Source of the DNA: Nannocystaceae bacterium ST9
GTDB lineage: Bacteria > Myxococcota_A > Polyangia > Nannocystales > Nannocystaceae
Reading direction: 5' to 3'
NCBI GenBank assembly: GCA_048320885.1
Contig: JBLWFJ010000001.1
Location: forward strand, 1,349,642-1,413,641
DNA: 64,000 bases
In this document: one piece after another, positions 26,154 to 35,486 of the stretch
Position numbering within the stretch: position 1 is the stretch's first letter
Layout of the letters: each line of letters opens with the position of its first letter
Program-made: the position numbers and the translations under genes
The notes under the pieces: generated by a model
Database searches by the model: none
Told to the model about the DNA's origin: nothing
What the model saw: only the letters and a program-made list of their open reading frames with translations

Positions 26154-27292
26154 GCCCGACGGATCGCGCCGAGGACTTCCTCGCGCTGGTTCGTCGGGCT
26201 CGCCAAGGTCGGCTCAAGCTCTTCCTCGGGCCCGCGCCCGGCGTCGGCAAGACCTACCGGATGCTGCAAGAGGCCCAGCAACTGAGCGCGACCGGGGTCG
26301 ACGTGGTCATCGGCGTGATCGAGACCCACGGACGACCCGAGACCGCGGCGCTGATCGAGGGGCTCGAGCAGGTGCCGATGCGGCGGATCGAGTATCGCGG
26401 GGTCGGCCTCGACGAGCTCGACCTCGACGGCGTCCTCGCCCGCGCGCCCGAGATCGCGCTGATCGACGAGCTCGCGCACACCAACGCGCCCGGCAGCCGC
26501 AACCGCAAGCGTCACCAGGACGTGCTCGATCTGCTCGAGGCCGGGATCCACGTGTTCGCCACGCTCAACGTCCAACACCTCGAGAGCCTCAACGACCTGG
26601 TCTCGCGCAGGGTCGGCGTGCAGGTCCGCGAGACCGTGCCCGACGTGTTCCTGCGCCGCGCCGATCAGATCGTCAACATCGATCTGCCGGCCGAGGATCT
26701 GCTCACCCGCCTGCGCGCGGGTCGGATCTATCCGCTCGAGCGGGTCGAGCGGGCGCTCGCCAACTTCTTTCAGGCCGGCAAGCTCGAGAGCCTGCGCGAG
26801 CTGGCCTTGCGCGAGGTCGCCGAGTCGATCGAGCGGGCCCAGCAGCGCGAGCGCGAGGTCAGCGGAGAGCGTGTGGGCCGAGTCGCGCTCAGTCGGCTGA
26901 TGGTCGGGCTCTCGAGCTCGCCGAACGCCGCGGCGCTGCTGCGTCGCGCGTCGCGACTGGCCGGTCGACTCAACGCGCATTGGTTCGCGGTCCATGTCCA
27001 GACCCGACGCGACGCGCCCGATCGGATCAGCGCGACCGACCAGCGCCGCCTGTTCGAGGCCCAACAGCTGGCGGTCGACCTCGGCGCGGAGGTCCAGGAG
27101 CTCGAGAGCGACGACGTGATCGCGGCGCTGATCGACTTCGCCAGCGCGCATGGGGTCTCGGACATCGTGATCGGGGCTCCGCCGCCGACCCACCCGATCC
27201 TGGCGTGGTTCACCCGCAGCGTCGCCCGGCGAATGCTCGACCACGCCAACCGCTTCAACCTCCACGTGCTGGCCACGGAGGTCTCGCCATGA
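26150..27292 (+). CDS. stand-alone KdpD N-terminal sensor domain plus Usp-like domain (no TM, no kinase)
   Basis: ATGA overlap with kdpC. LKLFLGPAPGVGKTYRML (P-loop), ALIDELAHTNAPGSRNRKRHQDV, TLNVQHLESLND, then Usp-like LMVGLSSSPNAAALLRRASRLA...DIVIG. 380 aa. Confidence 0.85.
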   Translation: MSPTDRAEDFLALVRRARQGRLKLFLGPAPGVGKTYRMLQEAQQLSATGVDVVIGVIETHGRPETAALIEGLEQVPMRRIEYRGVGLDELDLDGVLARAPEIALIDELAHTNAPGSRNRKRHQDVLDLLEAGIHVFATLNVQHLESLNDLVSRRVGVQVRETVPDVFLRRADQIVNIDLPAEDLLTRLRAGRIYPLERVERALANFFQAGKLESLRELALREVAESIERAQQREREVSGERVGRVALSRLMVGLSSSPNAAALLRRASRLAGRLNAHWFAVHVQTRRDAPDRISATDQRRLFEAQQLAVDLGAEVQELESDDVIAALIDFASAHGVSDIVIGAPPPTHPILAWFTRSVARRMLDHANRFNLHVLATEVSP

Positions 27293-29109
27293 CGCTGCGG
27301 ATCAAGCTCTTGCTCGCCCAGCTGCCCATGCTGCTGGCGACCGCGCTGACGATCGCGGTCGCGATGCTGGCCGCGCGTCGCTTGGGCGGCGAGCCGGACG
27401 CGATCATCGAGGAGAACTTTCGCAGCTTCGATGCCGCACGCGCGATGCTCACCGCGCTCGAGCGGATCGACGCCGAGCTGACCCGCGGCGCGCTGGTCGG
27501 TGAGCCGCCCGATCCCGCGAGCGTCGACGCGGCGGTGGCCGAGTTCGAGGCGCCGCTGGCGATTCAGCGGGACAACGTCACCGAGCCCGGCGAGCACGAG
27601 GCGACCGCCGAGCTGGTCGCGGCTTGGCAGCGCTACCGAGCCGAGCTGCCGCTCGAGCCCGGCGCGAGCCTCGAGGATCACCGCGCCCGCTCCGACCAGC
27701 TGCGCGATCGAATCGAGGTGATCTTCGCGATCAACCGCGCTGGCATGCGCAGCAAGGCGGACGCGGCTCGCGTCGAAGCTCGCCGCGAGACGATCGTGAT
27801 CGCGGCGACCGGACTGATCGCGCTGGCCGTCGCGCTGCCCTTCGGCGTCGTCCTGGTCCGTCGACTGCTGCGCCCGGTCAAGGTCATGGCCGCGACCGTG
27901 GCCCGGCTCGCCAGCGGCGACTTCGACGTCCGAGTTCGGCTCGAGGGTCGCGGCGACGACGAGGTCCATCGCTTGGCGCTCGCGTTCAACGAGATGGCCG
28001 AGCGGCTCGGGGCCTATCGCGCCAGCTCGCTCGGTGATCTGCTCGAGGCCAACCTGCGCATGCAGTCGGTCGTCGACAGCCTGCCCGAGGCCGTGCTGGT
28101 CTGCGACACCGCCGGGGTCGTGGTTCAGGCCAATGTTTCGGCGCATCGGCTCTTCGGTGAGCCGACCAGCCTCGCGCGCCTGCCCAGCTCGATCGCCGGC
28201 CCGGTCCGCGCGGTGTTCGATCGCGTGGTCCGAACCGAGCGGGCCAGCGAGTGGGCCGGGATCGCCGACGCGCTGGCCTTCCCGCGCGGGACCGAGGTCG
28301 TGTGGCTGGCCGTCGGCGCGACCCCGGTGCTGCGTGACCAACGGTTGGCCGCGGTCACGCTCGCGCTGCGCGACGTCAGCCAGGCCCGTCGACTCGAGGG
28401 CTTTCGCGGCGACCTGGTCTCGGCCGCCGCCCACGAGCTGCGGACCCCGCTGACCTCGCTGCACATGGCCGTGCATCTGTGCCTGGAGGAGGCCGCCGGC
28501 CCACTCGACGATCGCCAGAAGGATCTGCTGACGGCCGCGCGCTCCGACTGCGAGCGCCTGCAGTCGGTCGTCGACGAGCTCCTCGATCTCGCGCGGGCCG
28601 AGGCCGGCACGATCCGGCTCGAGCTGCGCCCGCTGGTCGTGCAGTCGGTCCTGCACGAGGCGCTCGCCCGCCACGAGCTCGACGCCGAGCGCCAGGGCGT
28701 CACGATCGTCGTGGTCACGCCCGAGGCCGGCCTGCGCGTGCTCGCCGATCGCTCGAGGCTCGCGCAGGTGTTCGACAACCTGATCACCAACGCGCTGCTG
28801 CACGCCGCGGGCGTCCGGCGGATCGAGCTGGGCGCCGAGCAGGTCGGCGAGCGAGTCCACTTCCGGGTCGACGACGACGGCCCCGGCATCCCGCTCGAGC
28901 TTCGGCCCCGCGTGTTCGACAAGTTCGTGCGCGGACCCGCGACCGAGGCCGAGGGCACCGGGCTCGGGCTCAGCATCGTTCGCGATCTCGTGCGAGCGCA
29001 TCGCGGCGAGGTCGGGGTCGACGACGCGGCGATCGGCGGCGCGCGAGTGTGGTTCGAGCTGCCGACCGCCGCGGACGGCGGACCGATCCACGACATGCTC
29101 GCGCCGTGA
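27289..29109 (+). CDS. sensor histidine kinase (2 TM, HAMP, PAS-like, HisKA, HATPase)
   Basis: ATG 27289 overlaps the upstream stop (ATGA). HAMP text VRRLLRPVKVMAATVARLASGDFDVRV...EVHRLALAFNEMAERL, H-box SAAAHELRTPL, G-box GTGLGLSIVRDLV. Confidence 0.85.
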   Translation: MTLRIKLLLAQLPMLLATALTIAVAMLAARRLGGEPDAIIEENFRSFDAARAMLTALERIDAELTRGALVGEPPDPASVDAAVAEFEAPLAIQRDNVTEPGEHEATAELVAAWQRYRAELPLEPGASLEDHRARSDQLRDRIEVIFAINRAGMRSKADAARVEARRETIVIAATGLIALAVALPFGVVLVRRLLRPVKVMAATVARLASGDFDVRVRLEGRGDDEVHRLALAFNEMAERLGAYRASSLGDLLEANLRMQSVVDSLPEAVLVCDTAGVVVQANVSAHRLFGEPTSLARLPSSIAGPVRAVFDRVVRTERASEWAGIADALAFPRGTEVVWLAVGATPVLRDQRLAAVTLALRDVSQARRLEGFRGDLVSAAAHELRTPLTSLHMAVHLCLEEAAGPLDDRQKDLLTAARSDCERLQSVVDELLDLARAEAGTIRLELRPLVVQSVLHEALARHELDAERQGVTIVVVTPEAGLRVLADRSRLAQVFDNLITNALLHAAGVRRIELGAEQVGERVHFRVDDDGPGIPLELRPRVFDKFVRGPATEAEGTGLGLSIVRDLVRAHRGEVGVDDAAIGGARVWFELPTAADGGPIHDMLAP

Positions 29110-29164
29110 TCGTCCGGCCACGGATCCCTTTACGGCGTGCACCTCGCTCAGTAGCCTCGCCCGC

Positions 29165-30514
29165 GTGGACGAGCTCGAGCCGCCGCTGACCAAGACCCAT
29201 CGCGCCGCGCTGGCCATCCACGCCGAAAAACGCCCGGGTCGACTGAAGCTGCGCTTGGTCGACGGGCCGAGCGGGTCGACCGACTTCGAGCTGACCAAGC
29301 CGACGATTCAGGTCGGCCGAAGCCCGATGGCCGACCTCGTGATCGACGAGCGCTCGATCAGCAAGATCCACTTCGAGCTGCGCCTGGCCGGGGGCGGCGT
29401 CGACCTGCGCGACCGCGAGAGCACCAACGGTTGCTGGCTGCAGGGTTGTCGAGTCTTCCACGCGCGCTTGCGGGTCGGCGACTCGTTCCGCGCCGGCGAC
29501 CTCCAGTTCATGATCGTCGGCGTCGACGAGGTCGACGTCGTGGTCACCTTGGCCCCGCGCTGCGGCGCGCTGCAAGGCGCGAGCGTGGTGATGCGCGAGC
29601 TGTTCGCGTCGATCGACGCGCTCTCGCTCGCGCCGCTCGACATCCTGATCCTCGGCGAGACCGGCACCGGCAAGGAGCTGACCGCCCGCACGCTTCATCA
29701 GCTCTCCGAGCGCCGATCCAAGCCCTTCGTGACCCTCGACTGCGGCGCGATCTCGGCCTCGCTCGCCGAGGGCACGCTCTTCGGGTTTCGCAAGGGCGCG
29801 TTCACGGGCGCCGACCATGATCAGCCGGGCGTGTTCGAGGAGGCCAACCGCGGGACCATCTTCCTCGACGAGATCGGCGAGCTCGTGCCCGAGCTGCAAG
29901 TCAAGCTGCTGCGAGTGCTCGAGCGACGCGAGGTCACCCGCATCGGCGAGCCGGCCAAGCCGCGAGCGCTCGACATCCGGGTCGTCGCGGCCACGCATCG
30001 CGACTTGCGGCGCGAGGTGGCCGAGGGCCGCTTCCGCGAGGATCTGTTCTATCGCTTGGCCCGCGGCCTGATCACGCTCCCACCCCTGCGCGAGCGTGGC
30101 GAGGACATCCTCATGCTCGCCGACGATTTCCTGGGCAAGCTGCGCGACGAGTTCGGCCGCGACGTCCGAATGAGCGCCGCGTGCAGGGACGCGATGCTGC
30201 GGCATCCCTGGCCCGGCAACGTCCGCGAGCTGCGGAACTGCATCGAGCAGGCCTTCCACATCAAGCGCTCGGGCGAGCTCGCGGCGAGCGACCTGCGACT
30301 CGGCACCCTGGCGTGGAAGAGCCAAGGCACGTCCGAGCTGGCCGACGCGACCAAGACCTACGCCGACGCCCACGTCGCGCTGGACAAGGTGTTCTTGGCC
30401 AAGGTGCTCGAGAGCACGAGCGGCAACCTCTCGGAGGCGGCCCGCCGACTCGGCCTCAGCCGCGACACGCTGCGAGTCAAGCTGAAGGCCGCTCGGCTCT
30501 ACCCCGACGGCTGA
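29165..30514 (+). CDS. FHA-domain sigma-54-dependent transcriptional activator
   Basis: GTG start. FHA-like [25 protein letters not shown]...STNG, then AAA+ [18 protein letters not shown] (GAFTGA loop), [18 protein letters not shown], and a C-terminal Fis-type [19 protein letters not shown]. Confidence 0.85.
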   Translation: MDELEPPLTKTHRAALAIHAEKRPGRLKLRLVDGPSGSTDFELTKPTIQVGRSPMADLVIDERSISKIHFELRLAGGGVDLRDRESTNGCWLQGCRVFHARLRVGDSFRAGDLQFMIVGVDEVDVVVTLAPRCGALQGASVVMRELFASIDALSLAPLDILILGETGTGKELTARTLHQLSERRSKPFVTLDCGAISASLAEGTLFGFRKGAFTGADHDQPGVFEEANRGTIFLDEIGELVPELQVKLLRVLERREVTRIGEPAKPRALDIRVVAATHRDLRREVAEGRFREDLFYRLARGLITLPPLRERGEDILMLADDFLGKLRDEFGRDVRMSAACRDAMLRHPWPGNVRELRNCIEQAFHIKRSGELAASDLRLGTLAWKSQGTSELADATKTYADAHVALDKVFLAKVLESTSGNLSEAARRLGLSRDTLRVKLKAARLYPDG

Positions 30515-31255
30515 GGGATTCTCGTCACCTGTCGCGCCGTCATGGTTCCGGCACGATCGTGAGCCAGACATCGACCGGTTCGTGCAACACGTCGACGCGC
30601 CAGACCCCCGAGTGCTCGAAGTCCACGATCGAGTAGTCGTCGACCAGCGTGAAGAACACCGGCTGGCGAACTCGCTCATCGAGGGCCTCTTGCTCGGTCG
30701 CTGGGTTTTCGGCCAGACAGCGCTCGTACCAGATCACCAGCCCCTCGGAGCGCTCCAGCCGGTAGGTCCCGGGCTCGGGCATGTCGATCAGGAAGCTCTG
30801 ATACATGTCCGTGGAGCCGTTGGCCTCGTTCTGATTGGTCTTCTCGTAGGGCCCGAGCGTGGCCTCGTCCTCACAGTCGAACTTCGCCTCGAACACCCAG
30901 CCACCTTCCGCTCGGGCCTCGAGCAGCAGCATGTCGGCGCACTGCCGATGTTGAATCCACATCGCCGGCGACTGGCTCGCGTAGTCCGTCGCCAGCGACG
31001 CTCCATACGCGGACTCCATGGCCGACCAGACGCCCTCGTCGTAGGTCGCGGTCCGGTAGAGCGCCGCAAATTCCTCCGGGCCCAATTGCTCGGCCAGCCA
31101 ACGCGTGAAGTGGCCTGCACGAGAATAGAAGGGGCCGAAGTCGCTCGAGTGGACCTCGGAAAACTCTCGCGGATCGGACAGCGATTCGTTGATCGAAGGC
31201 TCGAAGCTGACGGCGAGGCCCTCGGCCAAGATCGAGGGGGCACCGGTTCGAATCT
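30507..31255. repeat. segmental duplication, copy A (~750 bp)
   Basis: Matches 31837-32593 with few differences, including ~328 nt that look identical by eye (30578-30905 versus 31916-32243) and a 6-nt indel near the 3' end of the gene. It also covers the stop codon of the upstream activator gene. Confidence 0.85.
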
Positions 31256-31673
31256 CGCATGCGACTCCGTGCGCGAGCTCGTGGTATGCGGTCCATGGCG
31301 TCGCGAACACGACCCCGTCGCGGCTGGTACATGCCGCCGCATCGGGGTTGGAGCAGTAGTCTTCGATGTCTTTGATCGCGTAGACCGGCACTCGCCTCTG
31401 AACGTCGATCCCGAGTTGGTCGGCCACGTACTGCACGTGGCGCTCGTAGTCGATCACCGACCCGGCACAGAGGAAGCGGTTTGGACCGATGTGGACATCG
31501 AGGTGCTCGGTCTCGTAGCTCACCGGGAGGTCCGGCACGTCCGAGACGATCTCCTCGAAGTCCAGACAAGTGAGCGGTCCCTCGGGCTCCGGGTCATGAG
31601 TCTCGTTGCATGCCAGGCTCAGCGCTCCCGCCAGTCCAAGGCTGACACGTCGGATGCAGTGGCGTTCGAGCAT
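30540..31673 (-). CDS. lipoprotein with HExxH motif (putative zinc metallopeptidase)
   Basis: ORF trimmed to ATG 31673: MLERHCIRRVSLGLAGALSLAC (lipobox). Contains AYHELAHGVAC (HExxH). No family recognised beyond that. Confidence 0.6.
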   Translation of the reverse strand: MLERHCIRRVSLGLAGALSLACNETHDPEPEGPLTCLDFEEIVSDVPDLPVSYETEHLDVHIGPNRFLCAGSVIDYERHVQYVADQLGIDVQRRVPVYAIKDIEDYCSNPDAAACTSRDGVVFATPWTAYHELAHGVACEIRTGAPSILAEGLAVSFEPSINESLSDPREFSEVHSSDFGPFYSRAGHFTRWLAEQLGPEEFAALYRTATYDEGVWSAMESAYGASLATDYASQSPAMWIQHRQCADMLLLEARAEGGWVFEAKFDCEDEATLGPYEKTNQNEANGSTDMYQSFLIDMPEPGTYRLERSEGLVIWYERCLAENPATEQEALDERVRQPVFFTLVDDYSIVDFEHSGVWRVDVLHEPVDVWLTIVPEP

Positions 31674-31836
31674 GACCGCTCCAGTAAAGCACGCCCTTCT
31701 GGGCATCCTCCATCGCCATCCTCACGTCGAACATGCTGCGAGTCGAGCTGAAGCCCGAGGGATTCTTGGTCGGAGGCTGACGAACGACTCGTCGACCTTC
31801 GTTGTTCGGACCAGATGCGCCGCGCGAGCGCCCGAG

Positions 31837-32593
31837 CGGCGAGGGATTTCTCGTCACCTGTCGTGCCGTCATGGTTCTGGCACGATCGTGAACCAGACAT
31901 CGACCGGCGGCCCATGTTCGTGCAACACGTCGACGCGCCAGACCCCCGAGTGCTCGAAGTCCACGATCGAGTAGTCGTCGACCAGCGTGAAGAACACCGG
32001 CTGGCGAACTCGCTCATCGAGGGCCTCTTGCTCGGTCGCTGGGTTTTCGGCCAGACAGCGCTCGTACCAGATCACCAGCCCCTCGGAGCGCTCCAGCCGG
32101 TAGGTCCCGGGCTCGGGCATGTCGATCAGGAAGCTCTGATACATGTCCGTGGAGCCGTTGGCCTCGTTCTGATTGGTCTTCTCGTAGGGCCCGAGCGTGG
32201 CCTCGTCCTCACAGTCGAACTTCGCCTCGAACACCCAGCCACCCTCCGCTCGGGGTTCGAGCAGCGGCATGTCGGCGCACTGCCGATGTTGAATCCACAT
32301 CGCCGGCGATTGGCTCGCGTAGTCCGTCGCCAGCGACGCTCCGTAGGCGGACTCCATCGCCGACCAGACCCCCTCGTCGTAGGTCGCGGTCCGGTAGAGC
32401 GCCGCAAACTCCTCCGGGCCCAATTGCTCGGCCAGCCAACGCGTGAAGTGGCCTGCGCGATCGTAGTAGGGGCTGAATTCGTCCAAATGGACCTCGGAAA
32501 ACTCTCGAGGATCGGACGGCCACTCGTTGATCGAGGGCTCGAAGCTGACGGCGAGGCCCTCCGTCAAGATCGAGGGCGCCCCGGTTCGAATCG
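31837..32593. repeat. segmental duplication, copy B
   Basis: See copy A. Similarity ends abruptly after CCGGTTCGAATC (32581-32592). Confidence 0.85.
31869..32593 (-). pseudogene. 5'-truncated duplicate of the HExxH lipoprotein gene (C-terminal ~240 codons only)
   Basis: The tail of ORF 31869..32771, from ...IRTGAPSIL onward, is nearly identical to the paralog at 30540..31673. The signal peptide, lipobox and HExxH are missing. The listed N-terminus is antisense to a plus-strand coding frame. Confidence 0.6.
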
Positions 32594-33135
32594 AGCCCTT
32601 CGTGCCGCAGCCCGACCAAGCCTGCGACTCGACGCCCAACATCCCGCTGGTCGACGACGAATCGAGCACGCATGGCATCGCGGCCGCGGGCGCGGTCACG
32701 ATGTTCGGGCCCAACGATGACGCGGTCACCGAGCTCTCGAACATCAGCTTCGAGGTCCGCGAGGTGTTCAAGCGCGACGGCTCGATCGACGTCCACCTCG
32801 CGGGCTTCGACGCCGACGCCGACGAGGGCGGCTACGGCTCGCTCTCGTTCCTCGATCCGCACATCCACCTCGCCGCGCCGGTCAGCGCCCCGCTCGTCGC
32901 CGACACCGTCCGCTTCCCCGCGGGCTCGCTGCGCATGGAGGTCTCCGGCGTGGTCGTCTCGAACGGCGAGGTCGCGTTTGGGGGTCAGCGCTCGTCCGGC
33001 ATCTACGTCAACACCGGCACGGCCACGCTCGCCCGCACGCCGGACGGCGGCTTCGCGTTCGTGGACGCGCCCTTCGAAGCGGGCGGCTACCTGTTCGTGC
33101 TGAACACCGAGCAAGCGAGCGCGCAGGCCGAGTGA
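32594..33135 (+). CDS. hypothetical protein, probably 5'-truncated at the duplication junction (possible restart at ATG 32701)
   Basis: The frame of ORF 32527..33135 shows strong G/C third positions from the junction (32594) to the TGA at 33135 and is followed by a perfect 16-bp terminator hairpin. No signal peptide and no credible native start. Confidence 0.4.
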
Positions 33136-33140
33136 GCGAC

Positions 33141-33177
33141 CGGAGACGTCGGCGGCGAGCTGCCGCCGACGTCTCCG
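33141..33177. terminator. bidirectional terminator-like hairpin between convergent genes
   Basis: CGGAGACGTCGGCGGC-gagct-GCCGCCGACGTCTCCG is a perfect 16-bp stem. It lies 6 nt after the plus-strand stop and 7 nt after the minus-strand stop. Confidence 0.6.
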
Positions 33178-33183
33178 CATCGA

Positions 33184-34521
33184 TCACTCGCCGGACTCGA
33201 AGCGCTTGAGCCGACGCCAGAGCGTCGAAGGGTTGATCCCGAGGATCTTCGCCGCCTGCTCGCGAGTCTCGCACTCGGCCAGTACGCCGAGGATGTGGCG
33301 CTGCTCGATCGCCGCGAGCGTGGTTCGACTGCCGAGCTCGGGCCCTCGCTCGACCCGGGCGCGCACGCGCTGCGAGAGCTGCTCGGCGGCGATGGTGGGT
33401 CCGCGCGCCAGGACCAGCGCGCGCTCCATCTCGTTGCGAAGCTCGCGGACGTTGCCCGGCCAGGCGTGGCCGCGCAGGGTCGCCTCGGCCTCGTGGCTCA
33501 GGCTCGGCGTCGGTCGATTCGCTCGCATCGCCGCGCGGGCCAGGAAGTGGCGGGCGAGCTCGGGAATGTCGGCCGCTCGCTCGCGCAGCGAAGGGACCTC
33601 GACCTCGATCACGTTGAGCCGGTAGAGCAGGTCGAGGCGCATGCGACCGGCGGCGACCTCGAGGTCGACGTCGCGGTTGGTCGCCGACACGATCCGCAGG
33701 TCGGCCCGCCGCGTCCGCGCCTCGCCGACCCGCTCGAACTCGAAGTCCTGGACGAAGCGCAGCAGCTTGGCCTGCGCGCCGCTGCCGATCTCGGCGATCT
33801 CGTCGAGGAACAAGGTCCCGCCCTCGGCCTCCTCGACGCGGCCGACCTGATCGCGGACCGCCCCGGTGAACGCCCCGCGGACATGACCGAAGAGCTCGCT
33901 GGTCAGCAGCTCGTCGCCGAGCGTCGGGCAGTTGATCGTGACCAGCGGACGCTCGGCTCGCGCGCTGCCGCGGTGAAGCAGGCGAGCGAGCACGCCCTTG
34001 CCGGTCCCGCTCTCGCCTCGCAGCAGCACGGGCGCGTCGCTGCTCGCGGCTTGCCGGATCGTATCGATCGCCGCCTGCATCGCGGCCGAGTGGGTGTGCA
34101 GCAGGACCTGGTCGGGATCGCCGGCCTCGGCTCGCCCGCCGACGTCGAGGACGTCGAGCTCGACGCGCGCTCGCTCGACGACCTCGCGGACCTGCGCCGG
34201 CGTGAAGGGCTTGGCCAGGTAGTCGCGCGCGCCTCGACGGATCGCCTCGACCGCGGTCGCGATGCTCGCGTAGGCCGTGATCAGCACGGCGTAGAGCTGC
34301 GGGTGATCGTGCACGAGCGAGGCGGTCAGCGCGATCCCGTCGTCGCAGCCGAGCCGGAGATCGACGAACGCGAGATCGAAGGCCTTGCTCTGCGCGGCCG
34401 CTTGCGCCTCGGCGGCACTGGCCGCGCGATGGACCGCGCAGCCGATCGCCTCAAGGCACATCCCGAGCGTCGCGCGAATGTTGGGCTCGTCGTCGACGAC
34501 CAGCACCCGAAGCCCGCTCAT
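33184..34521 (-). CDS. NtrC-family sigma-54-dependent response regulator
   Basis: REC (RVLVVDDEP...DLAFVDLRLG...AKPF), AAA+ ([36 protein letters not shown]) and a C-terminal HTH (AAKILGINPSTLWRRL). Confidence 0.85.
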   Translation of the reverse strand: MSGLRVLVVDDEPNIRATLGMCLEAIGCAVHRAASAAEAQAAAQSKAFDLAFVDLRLGCDDGIALTASLVHDHPQLYAVLITAYASIATAVEAIRRGARDYLAKPFTPAQVREVVERARVELDVLDVGGRAEAGDPDQVLLHTHSAAMQAAIDTIRQAASSDAPVLLRGESGTGKGVLARLLHRGSARAERPLVTINCPTLGDELLTSELFGHVRGAFTGAVRDQVGRVEEAEGGTLFLDEIAEIGSGAQAKLLRFVQDFEFERVGEARTRRADLRIVSATNRDVDLEVAAGRMRLDLLYRLNVIEVEVPSLRERAADIPELARHFLARAAMRANRPTPSLSHEAEATLRGHAWPGNVRELRNEMERALVLARGPTIAAEQLSQRVRARVERGPELGSRTTLAAIEQRHILGVLAECETREQAAKILGINPSTLWRRLKRFESGE

Positions 34522-34997
34522 GCCTCGCCTCGCAAGATCGCGAGCACTTCGCTCGCTCGCTCGGCCGCCGAGATCCGATCGATCGTGCTCGGATCGGCGA
34601 ACCAGCGGCTCACGCTCGCCAGCGCCCGCAGGTGCTCGCTGGGCTGCATCGACGAGACCAGCGCGACGAACACTCGGACCGGCCGATCGTCGGGGGCCCC
34701 GAACGCGATCCCCTGCGCCGCGATCCCGAGCACCGCTCGCGACCCGGTGATCTCGGCCTTGGTGTGCGGCAACGCCAGTCCGCGACCGATCGCCGTCGAG
34801 CCCAACGCCTCGCGCTCGCGCAGCCCGCTCGCGAGCTTCGCCGACGACAGCCCGGTCTGCTCGGCCAGCGCGAGCGCGAGCTCGCCGAGCACCTCGTCGG
34901 CCTCGCGTGCGCGCAGCGTCACGATCGCGGATTCGCCGGAGAGCAGGTCGTCGATCGGCACGCCGGCGATATAGCCAGGGTCGGGCCGCGAGGGCAT
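34518..34997 (-). CDS. PTS EIIA-Ntr (PtsN)-like protein, paralog 2
   Basis: EIIA type-2 text: ...REREALGSTAIGRGLALPHTKAE... (phospho-His site), VRVFVALVSS. ATGA overlap with the NtrC-like gene. Start set at ATG 34997; the track uses TTG 35000. Confidence 0.75.
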   Translation of the reverse strand: MPSRPDPGYIAGVPIDDLLSGESAIVTLRAREADEVLGELALALAEQTGLSSAKLASGLREREALGSTAIGRGLALPHTKAEITGSRAVLGIAAQGIAFGAPDDRPVRVFVALVSSMQPSEHLRALASVSRWFADPSTIDRISAAERASEVLAILRGEA

Positions 34998-35024
34998 CAA
35001 GAAGCCATAAAGAGGCGCGGCGGT

Positions 35025-35486
35025 TCAGGCCTCGCCGCGCAGGATCGCCAGCACGCTCGCCGGCTGCCCGGCGGCGGCGACGACTCGATCGATCACGCGC
35101 GGATCGACGAAGCTCCGGCCGACCGTCGCCAGCGCCCGCAGGTGCTCGTTGGGCTGGGTCGACGAGATCAACGCGACGAACACACGCACCGGCCGATCGT
35201 CGAGCGCCGCGAACGAGATCCCCTCGGGCGCGATGCCCAGCACGCCTCGCGATCCGCTGATCTCGGCGGCCTTGGCATGCGGCAGCGCGAGCCCGTGGCC
35301 GAGCCCGGTCGAGCCCAGCGCCTCGCGCTCGCGCAGCCCGGCTTCGATCGCGATCGCCGAGAGCCCGGTCTCACGGGCGAGCGCGAGAGCCAGCTCGGCG
35401 AGCACCTCGTCGGCGCTGCGGGCCGCGAGCATCACGATCGCGGACTCCCCGGACAGGATGTCGTCGAGCGGCACGGCCGAGCTCAC
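35025..35486 (-). CDS. PTS EIIA-Ntr (PtsN)-like protein, paralog 1
   Basis: Tail of ORF 35025..36845. GTG 35486 overlaps the upstream TGA (GTGA). ...REREALGSTGLGHGLALPHAKAAE..., VRVFVALISS. Collinear with paralog 2. Confidence 0.75.
   Translation of the reverse strand: MSSAVPLDDILSGESAIVMLAARSADEVLAELALALARETGLSAIAIEAGLREREALGSTGLGHGLALPHAKAAEISGSRGVLGIAPEGISFAALDDRPVRVFVALISSTQPNEHLRALATVGRSFVDPRVIDRVVAAAGQPASVLAILRGEA

Noticed and set aside
31243-31254. GGTTCGAATC, a tRNA T-loop-like string, also present at 32581-32592.
   Set aside because: Both copies lie inside the duplicated coding segment. No acceptor, D or anticodon stems can be drawn around them.
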